64,000 bases of DNA, from the NCBI RefSeq assembly GCF_006345805.1, contig NW_021831989.1, positions 186,001 through 250,000 of the forward strand. Reading direction: 5' to 3'. The DNA comes from Octopus sinensis (lineage: Eukaryota). Position 1 is the stretch's first letter; each line of letters opens with the position of its first letter. Below are positions 26,043 to 40,784 of the stretch, piece by piece. Position numbers and translations under genes: made by a program. The notes under the pieces were generated by a model. It made no database searches. It was given only the letters and a program-made list of their open reading frames with translations, and had not been told where the DNA came from.

Positions 26043-27389
26043 TCATTTATTGAATATCTGTACGACATCATCGTTCTCTACAATATGCCGAATCCCCACT
26101 CTCTGTGGCATATGCTTAGCACTCGTCCCCTATCAAATAAACATTCCTCCACAACCCAAACGAGAGCATACTTAAATGTCCGAACCATATCCCTATGTAT
26201 TGCATGACACTAAAACAATCATCTCATTGTAGTAACCACATGCTCGATTGTAGCCGATTTCCTCATAACCAAAGGAGTGTCTAAACCAGGTCGTTCTACA
26301 ATAATAATTATACCACAACCTCCCTTCCGTTTTGTATATACGAGAACTAAATCGAGGTATTTCCAAACCATGTCCACCAAATAGTCAATATTCAGTCTCA
26401 AAGCACAACTATTCATTAAATTAAAAAAATCAGCCTAAGCACAACGGAATGGGGCTGTCTCGCTAAAGAATCAACATCTTCAATGGTCAGGACGTCTATT
26501 TTGTTATACGCCTGCAAAATAAGAAAAGAGAAGAACAAATATGCAGGGAATATACACTCGGTTATCGAGGACAACATCTACAAATTCATCGCAAGATATG
26601 TCTTCTCGAATAACGATTTCTGCGTTGAATATTTCTAGAATATAAACAGAATGCAAAACTGTATTCATGAAGAATAAGTTGAGCCATTTTGAGATCAAAT
26701 TTGGTAAGTGGAACAGTATTCGTCATTTTCAATCCCCCTGCTTTCAATTTCTATAATATACAGTTTTAAACCACCTTAAAATAAATTTGGGGTCTCTTCC
26801 TATTCAGTCTTATACCTACAGCTTCCAATTCTCGTTCAATCTTGGCTTTCTGGACTTGTGCATCTGCAGCGTCCATAATCATCAGAATAAGATCCGCAGT
26901 ACGGGCCACTGCAATGACTTGTTTTCCATGTCCCTTTCCTTAAAGATTTCTCTAATGGAATAACCCTGAGAAGCCCCTTCGATAATTCCCGGAAGGTCAA
27001 GGACTTGAATGGTGGCACCTTTGTATTTTAAAATGCCTGGAATGCAAGTCAAAGTGGTGAATTCGTAGGCCGCAGCCTCACTTTTAGTGTCAGTTATTGA
27101 ATTTATAAAGGTAGACTGGGATATAATAGTAATTTACTTTTCCGACAGAGGGAAGCCCCACGAGAGCTACTCTCGCATCTCCTGACTTTTTTACATCAAA
27201 TCCTTCTCCTTTTGAAACTGTTTTTGTTTCCGATTCGATTACGAGAGCTCTATATCTCGAAAGTTTTGCACGAAGTAATCCAAGGTGGTATTCAGTTGCT
27301 GTTTGTTCAGTAAAATATTTTATACCTTTATTTTTCTGTGTTCTGGCCATTTCATTTTCTATCTGAGCTATCTTGTCGCGATAACTCAT
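26043..27389 (-). CDS. DRG2: Developmentally regulated GTP-binding protein 2
   Basis: [44 protein letters not shown] and [23 protein letters not shown]. Confidence 0.95.
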
Positions 27390-27629
27390 GCCGTGTACCA
27401 CCTGAACGGTTTTTATTTTACTTTAAAAATCTGTTAAATTGAGTTTTTATTCACTATTTCATATAATGTATTTTATATATAAAGGTCAAATGCTTCAAGT
27501 TTTTTGTCTGATTAAATACTGTAATTCCTATAAACAATAATGCCTAATGCCAGAAAAATAAGAGCAACTTTTTACTTAAGAAAATCCATTTACAAGATTT
27601 TCATTTTATGAACATTTTAAGTAGTTTCC

Positions 27630-30600
27630 ATGACTCCAATAAATATGATAACCTATGATTGGAAAACTAATTTTGTTAATTCTGTAGCAGAAGACCTCAC
27701 AAAAAAACTTGATTCCAGTCAAACCGACTATTTTATTACAAAAGTACGTTTTTGATAAAAAAATTGTTAGATCAGCGGACAATTATTATCTGGATTGAAC
27801 CAGTTATTGAAGAAAGCAGACCAATTAGATCTTACAGAACAAAATAAATTCGACAAAAATTTTAATCCAATCAATTACTTGGCACGTTATTTGCTAAGAC
27901 GAAACTTGGTTGACTCAGTTCATTCCCCAACCAAAATACAAGAAACCATACGAATGAAAGTCGAATCATTTTTGTATTGCTAATCTGTTTTAATCAGTCA
28001 TAGAAAAACTAAAAATCTAGAAAAAAAACAACTTGCTCCAGAAAATGAGATTAATGTCGTGAAGTGTCCCCAAATATCCGATTTATTTGAGAAATACAAC
28101 ATTGACGATTCATTATTTCCCAAAGTAAGAATAATATTCTATTGGAGGTACATGAGTGGATTTTGATGTTTTTTGACATTTGGAGGATTGAGGAAAAAGA
28201 ACTTTCCGAGTACAAAATGGTTGTTGACGAGCTTAAAAAACTAGAAATGTCCTCATATTTGAGTTCGCTAACTCGCGTTACATTTGGAAATAAAGTAATA
28301 GATATCCCAACATATTGACAACGATTTGTTGGAGAAACTGATTTATATGCTTCAAATTAATTTAAATACTCAGACTCAGTTTAAAGTGAAAGAATGTGCT
28401 CGTGATTTGTTTCAAAATATGTTTGATCAGTTTACCGTCCAAGGAGTCTGTTGCTAAATTGACACGTAGTCGAAATATTTGTCACGCGAAAAAATCAACA
28501 AAATATTCGGAGCATTTCATAATCAATTTCCTGACCAGAATACGGCAGATCCTGAAAGCTGTTGACATTTTCATATTTATTTGACAGGGAAATTCCTAAA
28601 TCCATCAGTTCAACGGAACTTAAAGGCAGCTCGTTTTCCAATATATTGTATGTCGTTTAATTTTAAAGTTTAGCCGAACCTTGCATATTCCCAGAATATT
28701 CATCTCTTAGAACATTTGACAATAAATTCATCAAAAACTTAGTTTCTGGTTCTCAGTTTATCAACATGTGTTCTTCATTTTTTTACAACAATTTTAAACA
28801 TCCACTTATCAAACAATTTGCAGATTTTTTTCTTGAAAATTACGTCGAAACAGAGGAAGAAAAACTTGAAAGACTCGTCTACGTTTGTTATGGTTTAAAA
28901 ATTTTTTTAGATCAACAAAGTCGAAAAACAACTAAATAATGAAATAAAATTTGAGAACACTTTTGTTAGACTCGACTCAGAATGCAGTGGATACGTCAAC
29001 GCTCACGATGCCCTGTCATTTGCTCGAGATTACAAAGATGGACAGGACGCAATGGAAATAGAATATGGTGGTTAAAATATAATATTGTAGTTTTTGAATC
29101 AATGCTTGGTAGATTTAATCACTGTGATCTGAATTTACCACAATTTAAAATTTTATATTCGAAGATCACCGAGGATTTGGAAACCGGAGAGGACTTTGTT
29201 GATTATGTTACACAATCTAACAAAGTTGTCCGTTTTTCAATATGTAGATGTCATTAGAAAGGGAAATCAAACTGGAAAGTCGAATGAAGTGGATAAAACA
29301 GTTATCCAAAGTAAATGACTTTCCCGAATGCACCATAAAGAAATTATGCGAATTAACTGCCTACACTGTTCTTAAAGTAATTTTAAGATTATTGAGCACT
29401 TTAGGATTCAATAGTTAACCTAAAAAACAAAAATATTAATGTCTCAATTTCGTTGATTTACAAAACAAAAGATAGTTTGGAAACACTAAAAGTCATTTAT
29501 TGCTCAAATTCTGAACTTTCATTTCCAATATTTATCACCCCTGAAGATGACGAATTAAGGTCTTAGTACAAAAATCAACAAATAGATTTTCAGCCATTTC
29601 TAACAACAAAATAATCAAATTATTCATTAATGAAAACTCTGAATTCAAATTCTGGTCTGGGGAGATCAAAGCAGTGAAATACTTATAATTACTATTTAGC
29701 AGTGTTGTGGTGATTACATACTCATTCCACTTTCTGACTCCAACGATATTGCTTTTGGAGTGATGACTGTAGACAATTTTTCAGAAGGACGCCATTCTTC
29801 AAATTTTGATAAATCTGAGGCACTTTTCTACAAAGTATAAACTCGGGCTAATCCGATAAAGGGAGTTGCACAAATATTTTCTCAGGTTTATTTCTCTTTA
29901 GTCATAACTGACTTTTTTGTACAAACAGCAAAATCCTTAATCAAATGGATGTGTCTAGTGTCACCAGACATATCTTTTGGAAATATATATCTTGTAAAAA
30001 AATGCGGGGACAATTTGTTTTTTCCAAATGTATGCACAGTCGATCCAAACGAATGTATTATTCACAGTCCTCCAAAATCTGATAGTTTGAGTCAGTTAGT
30101 GTTGTGAGGGTAACTTTTTTAAGTGAGACTGACCTTCTTGAGCTCAATGAGATAACTGTAAATGGAAGAATGTGTCAGATCATGCACATTAAAGACCATT
30201 CTGGACTATGTTTTGCAATGATAGTTATTTTCTACAAGAATTCGTGCTTACCAAGTCATAAACTGAGCAATCGCTACGATTTGTAAGCACTGTGTGGCGT
30301 CAATGCGTTGAAATAATTTTAAGACAAAAAATGGCAATCCCAAACGAAGGTTTTTTTAAAATACTATTTCCAAAGATTTATTTACTAAAATGATCATAAC
30401 TGAGTCACAGTCCGAAATAACACGGATCCTAATGTTGCAAAAAGAAGATGAAACTCCTGACAAAATGGACGATCTCCTGACTATGATTCGCATAATTCTC
30501 AATGTTTCTGAACGTGAAAATGAGTGTCAAGATGATGAACTGCCAATTCAAGAAGAAGAACAAAGTCAAGATACATGTCAAGATCCAGAGGAACCAAAAG

Positions 30601-30806
30601 TCTCGATCTGGGAATCTTTGTCTCATTGGGATCCAAAAAATCTAATTTCCTTGAATTATGAGCAGATTGTTATACTTATGGAGTTATCTAAAAGTGCGGT
30701 TTGTTTGAATTTAAATTTAGAAACCCTAAATTGCCTTTGTGACGAAAATATGCTCATTTTTATGGTTCGCTGTTGGATAGAGGCAATGCTACAAAATGTG
30801 TATTAA
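27630..30806 (+). CDS. EFCAB5-like protein with GAF-like C-terminal region; start approximate
   Basis: LLSGLNQLLKKA...FNPINYLARYLLRRN resembles the EFCAB5 N-terminus; later IPLSDSNDIAFGVMTVDN is GAF-like. Many mini-introns. Confidence 0.5.
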
Positions 30807-30910
30807 TTTATTTTACCCTCACTGACTTACATTTACTAATTCTAAATATTTGATTTAACAAGAAAAAATTCTTAAAACAAAAAATGGTTATCAAAAACAA
30901 TATAAAATGC

Positions 30911-31969
30911 TCAAAGAAAATAATCATTAGTCCTTCTAGTAACAAGTGGTTCCCCTTGTCTAGGAGCAGGATCAAATTGAAGACTAAAATAAAAAAATAA
31001 CAAAATACAAAATCGGGACACTACTCTGATCAAGGAACATCAAAGCCGCCTGATTATTACAGCGGTAACAGTAATTAGGAGCACTAAATATTGTAACAAC
31101 AAGTCGATCGTGACACCAATTATATCCCTGTCAATAATTACAAAACCAATGAATAAACCTCCATAACAAGCTGATGAGCTCTCGATATAAAACTCAGATT
31201 ATTGGCACAGCAGAACGTCACAGAAATATCAGGACCGAATGTAAACCCAGCTCCCCGAGGGGACTGACCCCAAGACGTGGATTCATCAGGGTCAGACCAA
31301 AGAAGGTCACACATGGGACCCTTTAATTAATATTATATAATAATACTTCACTGGGAACCTCCTGAATGCGATCCAGCAGTCGAATATGATCGAGGGAATC
31401 AATATAAGGCGACAACCCTCCATGAAGACAAAAAATCTAAAAATAAGACAAAAATTTTACTTTGTCGTTAACCAATGCAGAAACTGGTAAATAATCAAAC
31501 AACTGGGTGAAGCAATGCCAGACAGAGGGTGTCCCATATTTCTTTAGACATTCATCGTAAAATCCATAGACCTGGGTCACTTGTCTACTTTCGTGGTTCC
31601 CGCGCAAAATAGTGACCCGATCTCGATAACGAACCTTTGTTTGGTGATAAATGTTACTTTTAGGGTTATTAGTAGAGTGACTGTTTCCACGGAATGATAT
31701 CCGCGGTCGACGTAGTCCCCCATGAAGAGATAATTTGTGTTGGGAAGATTCCCGCCAATTCGAAACAACTCCATTAAATCATGAAATTGTCCGTGAATGT
31801 CACCACATACAGTAACAGGGCAATCAACATTTTGTACGTTTGATTCATCGCTAAATATTTCTATAGCCTTTTCGCAGAGGATTTTGATTTGCTGTTCAGA
31901 AAGAGGTCGGCATTCATATAGCTGTTCAATCCATAAATCAAGATCTTTGTTTAATTTCACAAGTTCCAT
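30911..31969 (-). CDS. PPP2CA: Protein phosphatase 2A catalytic subunit
   Basis: GDIHGQ, GDYVDRG, RGNHE and C-terminal [14 protein letters not shown]. Contains a 23 nt intron in TLK/VRYR. Confidence 0.97.
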
Positions 31970-32143
31970 AAAAAGACAAAACAGTACCACAACAACTAAG
32001 TTAAATTTAAATTTTATTGTTTAACTTTATTATTCAAATAAATAATATTTAATTTAAAAAAAAATTTGAAACGAATCTGAAAAATTCTTTTAAAACGAAA
32101 ATTTAATAATATACTATTTAGAATTAGAAATAACCAAGTTGTC

Positions 32144-33432
32144 ATGACATTTAATATGCGAGTTGTAAACAATCAGTTAAGATCCAACTCACTCACTATT
32201 TGGAATGAAAATAAGTTTTTGTTGAACCCTTCATATTTGGATAAACAGCATTTACTCATAAATGGGAACATTTCGATTCAAAATAAAATGTTTATATTCA
32301 TTTTAATTAATAAGAATCTGTCAATCTAACGTTCTGTGCTGTAAATACGACAATTCCGGTCATTATTTGTTAGTTGGGACAGCTGACGGCAAAGTTAATG
32401 TAAAATTCAGAATTCATCAAATCATAGATTTACAAAACAGATTCTACAAACCCTTCATATACTCTATTCGACAAAAATTTAAAACATACAAACAATCCAT
32501 GTACATCAGTTCGATTTCTGGAGACATCGAGGCCTCTTGTAATAGCAACATGTAATCCTATTTTCAATAATGACAGATGGATCGGGAATGATCAAATTTT
32601 GGGACTACATCAACGAGTCGTGTATCCGAACAGTGATCGAACCTCGATGCACCTTATCGCAAGCAGTCCAGCCAGGGAAAGAACGTGTACTAACAGTGGG
32701 GACCAACGGAGATATTTTTATATATGACATTGAGACTGGAAAAGAAGTAATGCACTGTTTAAAGGGGTTTGTTTGGATTTGAATTATAATAGTGACCAAT
32801 TTGATAAACTCACGGGACACACTCTACGGGTGTTCTCGGGAGTCTATCATCCATCGACTCAACACTCATTCATTACCGGAGGATGGGACGATACAATATT
32901 GGTGACATTTATATTACTTATTCTAGTTTTGGGATGACAGGAACAGACATGCTTTTAGGTTTTCTCTATTTTTTAATTTCAAGGAAAATATCAGGACCTC
33001 ACTTATGTGGAGAAAGTCTTGACATTGACCCTATTAAAAATAGAATACTTTCAGGTTCGTGGAGAGACAATATTCCCCTGCAGGTTATTGTCATTTTGAT
33101 AATCTCAAAGATCTGGAACTTTGATGGAGGAACTCTTGTGAAAGACATAATGCAACCTCACATGGTCAAATCATTTGTTAAGTCTATTTAATATTTTTAG
33201 TGTTATAATGCAAAGTGGGCATCCCCAGAAGTGGTAGTATGTGGGGGATCGCATAACAATCTTGTTAACGTTATTTCAACAGATTCCAGCACTGTAATTA
33301 TTGTGTTATGATGATTAGAGCATGGCATCTATAGCGAATCTTCCAAATGCAGTGAACTCACTGGATACTCACAAAAATGGACTGTCCTTTAGTTCTGGAG
33401 ACAGTATATATATCACTAAAATTGAACTATAA
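32144..33432 (+). CDS. WD40-repeat protein
   Basis: GTADGKV, MIKFWDY, GDIFIYDIETG and GPHLCGESLDID..ILSGSWR..LQ/IWNF across short introns. Confidence 0.75.
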
Positions 33433-34599
33433 CCACCACTAATCTATTATTCGTTACATTTCTTGTTCTTTTGGTTTTCGGATGCTTCAATTGAATAGAA
33501 AATTGTGAAGATTCTAGAGCGAGTGAGAAAATGGCATTATTTTCTGATGTCAAAATAAAATTTTTTTCATACGAAATTATTCATTTTCTACCATTTGATT
33601 CAAGCGATGTTTTCCAATATGCGAAAGTCAACAATCAGCAATCTAAGCTTGTTCTACGGACATCGTGATTATAGAATAAGGGAATCATTTGGGAATTCAT
33701 TAAAATGGTCTCAGTAGGGGCTAATATAGCTGTAACAAGGATAATCCGTGTTAAGAGTCAAGAACAGAATCTCTCTGATAAACACAAACCATTTTGACTT
33801 CTGTAAAAAAGTCTTTAAGCTCTTTTTTTGTTCAGTGGAGTTGCATGGAAATATAGACACTCCACAGGCGTTGTGGAAAATTCTGAAACGAGAGTTGAAA
33901 TTTTTCAGTCTCTTAGAGGTGCAGCATTTATTAACAAGCTTGGAGTTATGTATATTCACATGATAATAGCATTAAGTATGAGAATATTTATATATCGTAT
34001 TATGTGGCTCCAGTCGTTGCATCATCAAGGTACAATAGGTTGAACTGGGATTTTATATTATTAACGATATGTCCAATTCCTAGTATACCAAAATGTATTG
34101 ATGTCTGGTTTCACCACAGTGATTCTTAGAATTAACCACCAACTCACGTTTAACATACACAGCTGTTTTATATTCATTGGAAATTACCGCAAATGCTAGG
34201 TGACTTAGAGTTAACGTTTGTGAATTAAAATGTTACCACTTTTAAGAAAAGGCGGATACAATGTCTTTGAGGTGAATTAGTTACACATGTCCATATCCAC
34301 GCCGCTATCCCCATTGTAGACATTTCTAGGCAGTTCAAAAATAAGAAACAGGTGAAAGAAATGAGGAAGCAAAAAAGGATACAAAACAATTATATGTAAA
34401 ACAGAATGTACGGATTGTTATATAAAAAACAGGATACAAGATTAAAGCAAAAAAGAGAGACTAGTTGAAAGAATGCGAAAATACTTAAATAGGAATAGCT
34501 CATGGTGTCACACGCAAATTTGACTAAAATCACTTATTAAAAAAATTGAGAATTACAATCATAAAGATAGACTAACAAATATTTTTAAGCTTAGTTAAC

Positions 34600-37500
34600 T
34601 TAAATTGTAACCATAGACGGAATTGAGTCAACAAATTCTACTATTGCATTGTAGCATAGAGTGTAATCAGCCTATTAAGTCAAACAAATATAATACCAAT
34701 GTGCGGAATATTCCCATTTTTTGCTGTCTCAATCTTATGACAGTTCCCATTATGTCTACACTTCCGTAGTTTCTTATTTGTTGCAAAAGATTGTGCAGAG
34801 CAACAAATATTCCACACCGATCAGATCCCGAGCTATAATATACACATTTAGATACCTGCAAACTACAGTGATCGGTGATACTTTGTCGGTACTGCTGGCA
34901 CATATTATGTCAGCAATAAATTCGATGAAATCACTTAAGCACACGATACCTCTTTTAGGCCATTTAGTGTAGTAATATAAGTAAAATGTGTTATATTTTC
35001 CCGACTTTAGACGTATTATATTATATAAAATACCTTAATATTAGTCAGTTTTACTTTTTTCAGAATGTACTGATATATCCCTGACTCTTCCATAAATTCA
35101 ATTTCAAAATCTCCATATTTTCCTGCATCGGTTTTTAGCCAAAAGCTATGACAATTTTTCTAGAAAAGATTAAAGTAAAACTCGTAAAAACTCTTCCATG
35201 GTCTTGGAAACAGCATAAAATGACAATTATTTTAGTTTTTGATTGCCACAACATGAGAATAAAGTCATCTATAGTTTCTTCCAATGGACACTGGGCTATC
35301 ACAAAAGCCTTTTGTGAATCAAAGCTCTAAAACAAAATTTTAGTAATAAAAAAACATCAATAAAACTGGCGTTGATGTATTTATTTTGTTTATCGCAAGT
35401 AATTGTGAACATCAGTTCGTCGACTAAGAGTTAATTATAATGCTAACATGGCACTGAATCTGAAAAACGATTCTTGTTTGCATTACAACTGTTGAGCGCC
35501 GTTGTTGTGTTATAAAAATACTTGGAGTGATAAGTCAATCTCTGAAATGAGAAAATAAAGTTGAATACTTGAAATTCATACTCAAGACTTTCACTTTCCA
35601 TATAGTTATTTTTAAATTTGTTGACATCAATGACGCGACTGGCTACTTGTACAACTTCGACCGATATTTCATATAAGAGCAAGTAGTCAGTTTGATTAGG
35701 AATCGCATATGGATATTGCTCCCTGAGTTTTTCAACCGCTCCAAAGATATTTATCATAATTTTGGAAAAAAATAATTCTATCGAGTTTTCAGAAATCAAA
35801 TAAATTCCAGCAAAGTCAAATTGATTGCTAAAATGATTTTTTGTTATCAACCTTTCAGAAATAATGCAGAATTTGTCAATATTTTTATCTTTACAAAAAA
35901 TTTTAATTCGATGAATAAACCTAATAAAAGAAGAAGTATTCCAATTGTCGACATTTGAAATATGTAACTGGAATAGATTTATTGTATTGGCCGACGTGTT
36001 ATCCTGTAATATGATTTACAGAAAATATTTTACTTGTCTGATTTTAAATTTCCGATGCGTAAAATCAGCGAAAATCGACACTTTAGTCAGTTCAACTTCT
36101 AATCCATTTGCATCTGTCGTAGCAGGTATTTGAGACCAATAATTCATATAATTCTAATTTTTACAGACAAAATATTACAGATAGTTTTTGTGAATTCCCC
36201 ATTAGTATAATTATTTCAATATTTTGATCATATATCTTTTGCCAAACTAAATGTGGGGTTTTAATAAAGTTCTAAAATGATTAATTTCAAAAATACATTG
36301 GAATCCACGCAAAATGTTTCGTGATTAAAACAGTTAATGTACATAAAATTAATATTTGAACTCTGGACATCCCAATTACTATTTCTAGAAACTTTTTTCT
36401 TTCCAAATAACGCAAATTCATTATATAAATTGTCACTGTTTTCTTTTAAAGTTTTGTAATGAACGATAAAGCTGTTATAGTTCATAATTTTTTTTCTGGA
36501 ACACAAATCTAAAATCAATAAATATAAGAACTGTGAGTAATGGAAACTTCAGGTTCAATAGAAGTAAATTTTGTTTTTTGCACTAATATTTCTTTTTTTG
36601 AAAACATAGTCTTTCGATTGAACGAAAAAAAATTTCTTTGTGAGCTTACTTGTTAAGATATATTATTACTTATTGCATAGTTTTAAAGTGATTCCAATGA
36701 TCAACGCAGCAAAAGAAATTCCCCCAAAAGCAATTGCCGCATAGTGCCAAGAATAAAGTTTTTTAAAGCTTACATCTCCATCTTTCATTTTCAGCACATT
36801 ACTCAATTTAGATGAGCTATAAATCTGAATGTTGGTTTTAGTAAAACTAGCTACCTGATCACTTACAAAATATCGAATAAAAAAACGATATTTTATAGAT
36901 TCAGAAATTTTAACATTTTTGTATCCACCGCGAATGCGTTCGTCGCCAATTTGAACGAATGGAGGAATTTTTCTCAAATCCCATTTTGCAAGTATACAAA
37001 AATCAGTTGTGCAATTTTTTGTCAGTTTTAATATTGACTTAAATAATTTTTAATTTCTTAATACTGAATTTGAGTATTTTTCATTCCACCATTTTTCCGA
37101 AACCACAATAAGAAGACTGAATAATATAGGCCCATTAATTTCGGATGCATTTTTAAGGTAAAGTAGAAACTTGTTTTTGTTTTTAATTATTTTAGGTGAA
37201 TTTGGTGTCGGGGGAGCTTGGATTATATAACTATAAGTACCAGATTTAGTTGTACGTGAAATAGAAATTAATTCTTTTCCAGTTTTTCTATCAACAAACT
37301 CTGTTGATATCTTAATTATATACGTCATATATGAAATTAGATGTCGAATAATAATTTTTTCAATCAATCTATTTGTTGCCGCTACAACAATTCTTTTAGA
37401 TTGATTGACATAATTGAGAGTGTTCATCTCCGTTAAATAATACTTATATCCATTCACGTCAACCTTTAAATAGACATAGATAGAGTACAATGTAATGTTT

Positions 37501-40193
37501 TATTCCAGGTTTATCGGGTTTTTTAATCCGAAATGAAATGGAATTTGGTAAATTAATTTGATCCAAAATGGTTGCTTGATCAAAAATAACTTAAATATGT
37601 AAATATATCCTCAACTTTCTTTAATAACAAATTTTGTTGATTTTTCACTAAAAACCCCAAATAAGCTTGCCTTGGCAGTACAGTAATACGATTTGTTTTC
37701 AGTCAATCCAAAGACTTTAACAAGTTTTGTGGTTTTTTTAATTATTAAAAATTCATTTGAATCGAATTGACTACAATTTATCTGGATCTTGTCAAAAATC
37801 CCAGAAAAATTGATATAAGCAAGATTCCAATTCATTCGATGACAACTAGATATATCTGGAGGATATGGACCTAAATTGAATTTATCTTTATGAACCTTTG
37901 TATAATATGGTTTCCCGAAGAAACGTATAATTATTGCTGTACCCTACCATGTTTTTAGACCATAGTTTCACTGAAAAATCGCAATTTGATGATAAATTTC
38001 CCACAGAAATTATACTCACATTCATTTCATAAACATATTCTATTCCATCCATGCATCCAAAAGCCAGTTTATAGCTAAATTGGGTTGTAGGGGTAGTTCC
38101 CCATTTTATTAAAACTGTAAACGGAGATGTAGCATGCAATTGAATTGTTTTAGGAGGTTTGGGAACTAAAAGTAATAAAAATGTAAATAAAACATGTTTC
38201 AAACGTGGTTGCTTTTTTAATAACTGACATAGGTCCCTCTCCTAAATCATTGGCAATGCTCACTGAGACTTCGTAATCAATTGACGGACTTAGTCCTCCA
38301 ACGACAGCTTTAAATACAAAAGTATCATTCAAAATTGAATTCAAGATCATTTTATTCCACTGAGTGTTTTTTTCTCTCCAATAAATGCAATAATGAACTG
38401 AACTGTCTAAATTAGTGCTTGATAGAATCCAGTTTATTTCCAGTGCACTTGAATTAATTGGAAATACTTGAATAAGATAAGGGACTTGTAAAGGCTCTAC
38501 TCATATAAATAAAACATAAATTACTGTAGTTTTTGGTCGTGACTATAATCGTTTTTAAAACAGGACCTTCACCTTCTTGTGTTACGGCTGAAATTGAAAC
38601 TTTATATTTTGTGTTTGGTTGTAATTTTGTTAAATTTGCTATTTCGTTTTTTACATTAATTGTTTTCTAAATACAATTATATTTCATGAAAGGTTTAAAT
38701 GTTGAAGTTTACCTACCAGCCATTGATCGTTGAACTTTTCTTTTATATGAAACATGTAGGAATTTATGAGGTAATTGGAAACAGAACGCAAATAGATTAC
38801 AAAACCAAATGGTGTTACGTTCGTTATATTTATAAAAATTGAAGGATGCGGATCTAATAAAATATTTATGACAATAATTTAAACATATTTTTGACATGTC
38901 CAATATTTTTACATTGCTCTGTAATTTAATAGACGACATAACGGCAGAAATTTTTACAAAATATTTCATTTTATGCAAATTTTCAATATGTATTATATTG
39001 TTGGGTGTAATAATAAACGGAATAATGTTTAAACTTGTGACAGACTTGTATGATGTTGCTACATATACATGGTAATTCTAATAAATGATTATAGAAACTC
39101 TACAATATTATTTCCAATTACATTCCACTGGATTAATGCAGACGAATTTGTTAGAGCCCACGTTTGCAAGTTAAAAAATGAATCGTCAGAATCTGAAAAT
39201 GATTAAACTTTTTACTGTTATTTATGATCAAAAATGATTTGTAAATATTTCCTAAATTAGAAAATCCAAGACAAGTCCGCTTTAAATAAACATAATTTTG
39301 CTGCTTCTCATCTTCTTCATTCACAGTAAATATTTCGTTATTATTTATTAATTTGAAATCATTATCTAGCCAAACAATCGTAGGTTTTGGATTTCCGTCA
39401 ATTGCGCATGTTATATTTTCAATGTGTTGCATCATATAGTTGTCTTTTGGAATACTTACAAAATATGGAGGAATTGGAGCATCTAAAAAATAATCTCGAC
39501 TTAAAAGTGACCCAGATTTACTCTTTTGTTTTTAGATATTGCAAATCCGTGCCGATTTATAGCCAGACAAAAGTATAATCCCCTTGAATTAATAGTTATT
39601 TCAACTTCATTGTTCGACACTTTTTATGATTAAATTATATTTATACATTTTTTGTAATCTTTAAACCAAGTTATTTGAATTGGTTCTTCTCCACTGACGT
39701 GACAATACAAATAATTGTGACCATAATCGTCACGGAAATGCGAAGGTGCTTTGTTTATTTGAGGAAATCCTATTTTGAAAATAAATCTGTTGAACCAGAT
39801 ATATTTTTGTAAAATTCAACTTTTATATTTCTAGACAGAATTCTTCCATATAAATCAAATCCAGAACAGATTATAGTACTGTTCTTATATTCTGACATTT
39901 CTAAATTGAATGTTTCAAAGTCCTCTGATATGTATATTTGAGAGGAATCGTATTGTGCAGAGAACTGTATTACTGTTTGTATATTTCCGTTGTTCATACA
40001 CCACACCATGGCTCTCTTTCCTATCTCATATTTCAAATGGGGAAACAATGTTGAAATGTTTATATTATCTAATCAAATAAGAATAACTATTACCTAACTT
40101 GTAAATCTGTTTAAAGACATCTGAACTGTCAAAGCAGAATATAAAACTGAATATTAAAATAAACATCAAGGCGAATTTTAAATGAAATATCAT
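34600..40193 (-). CDS. LAR-like receptor protein tyrosine phosphatase (Ig, FN3, TM, tandem PTP domains)
   Basis: Signal peptide MIFHLKFALMFILIFSF; Ig CAIDGNPKPTIVW; FN3 GLSPSIDYEVSVSIANDLGEGP; TM YAAIAFGGISFAALIIGI; D1 and D2 PTP folds. Confidence 0.85.
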
Positions 40194-40784
40194 ACGAGAA
40201 CGTTAAAACGACAATTATATTTCATCGGTACGTATGATAATGCACAAGCTGCAGGCGCAATAAATAATTAGAAGAAATAATCATGGCTAATTAAATCAAA
40301 ATAAATTGATTTTATATATCGCCTTCTTAATAGTTCAATTAACATTCATTCATAGATGTTAATTACAACATTAGGCAATATTTTGTATAAATATTTCACA
40401 GGTCGTGCTGCCGAACTTTTCTTAAAAAGCATTTTTGTTCTTTTTAGTGTTTTTTAAAAAATATATTTAATGTAAATTTTCCAGAAAGAAAAGCTCACAT
40501 CTAACAAATAATCCCAGACTTGTAAAAGCAGTTTCTTATGATTTTTACCACATCTTATATGATCTCAAATAGTCTTAAATAAGATGAGATGGACATAAAA
40601 ATTGATTACGATCCAGCTGCTTGCATTATTGATGGTATGACAATAAATGATGGAAAGGTTTCCTATCTTGCCTATGAAAATTTTTTTACTATAAATATGA
40701 ACTAAAACTTAATTTTGTTTAAATTAATTTGGTAAATCAATATTTTTATATTTAATTAATAAAACTAATAAACTTAAATAGCTA

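Noticed and set aside
33530-34330. Short ORFs on both strands between WD40 and RPTP
   Set aside because: No motif or coherent exon chain; left uncalled.
40280-40700. Possible small plus-strand gene with mini-introns between RPTP and UNC50
   Set aside because: Several frames are plausible and none gives a recognisable protein.
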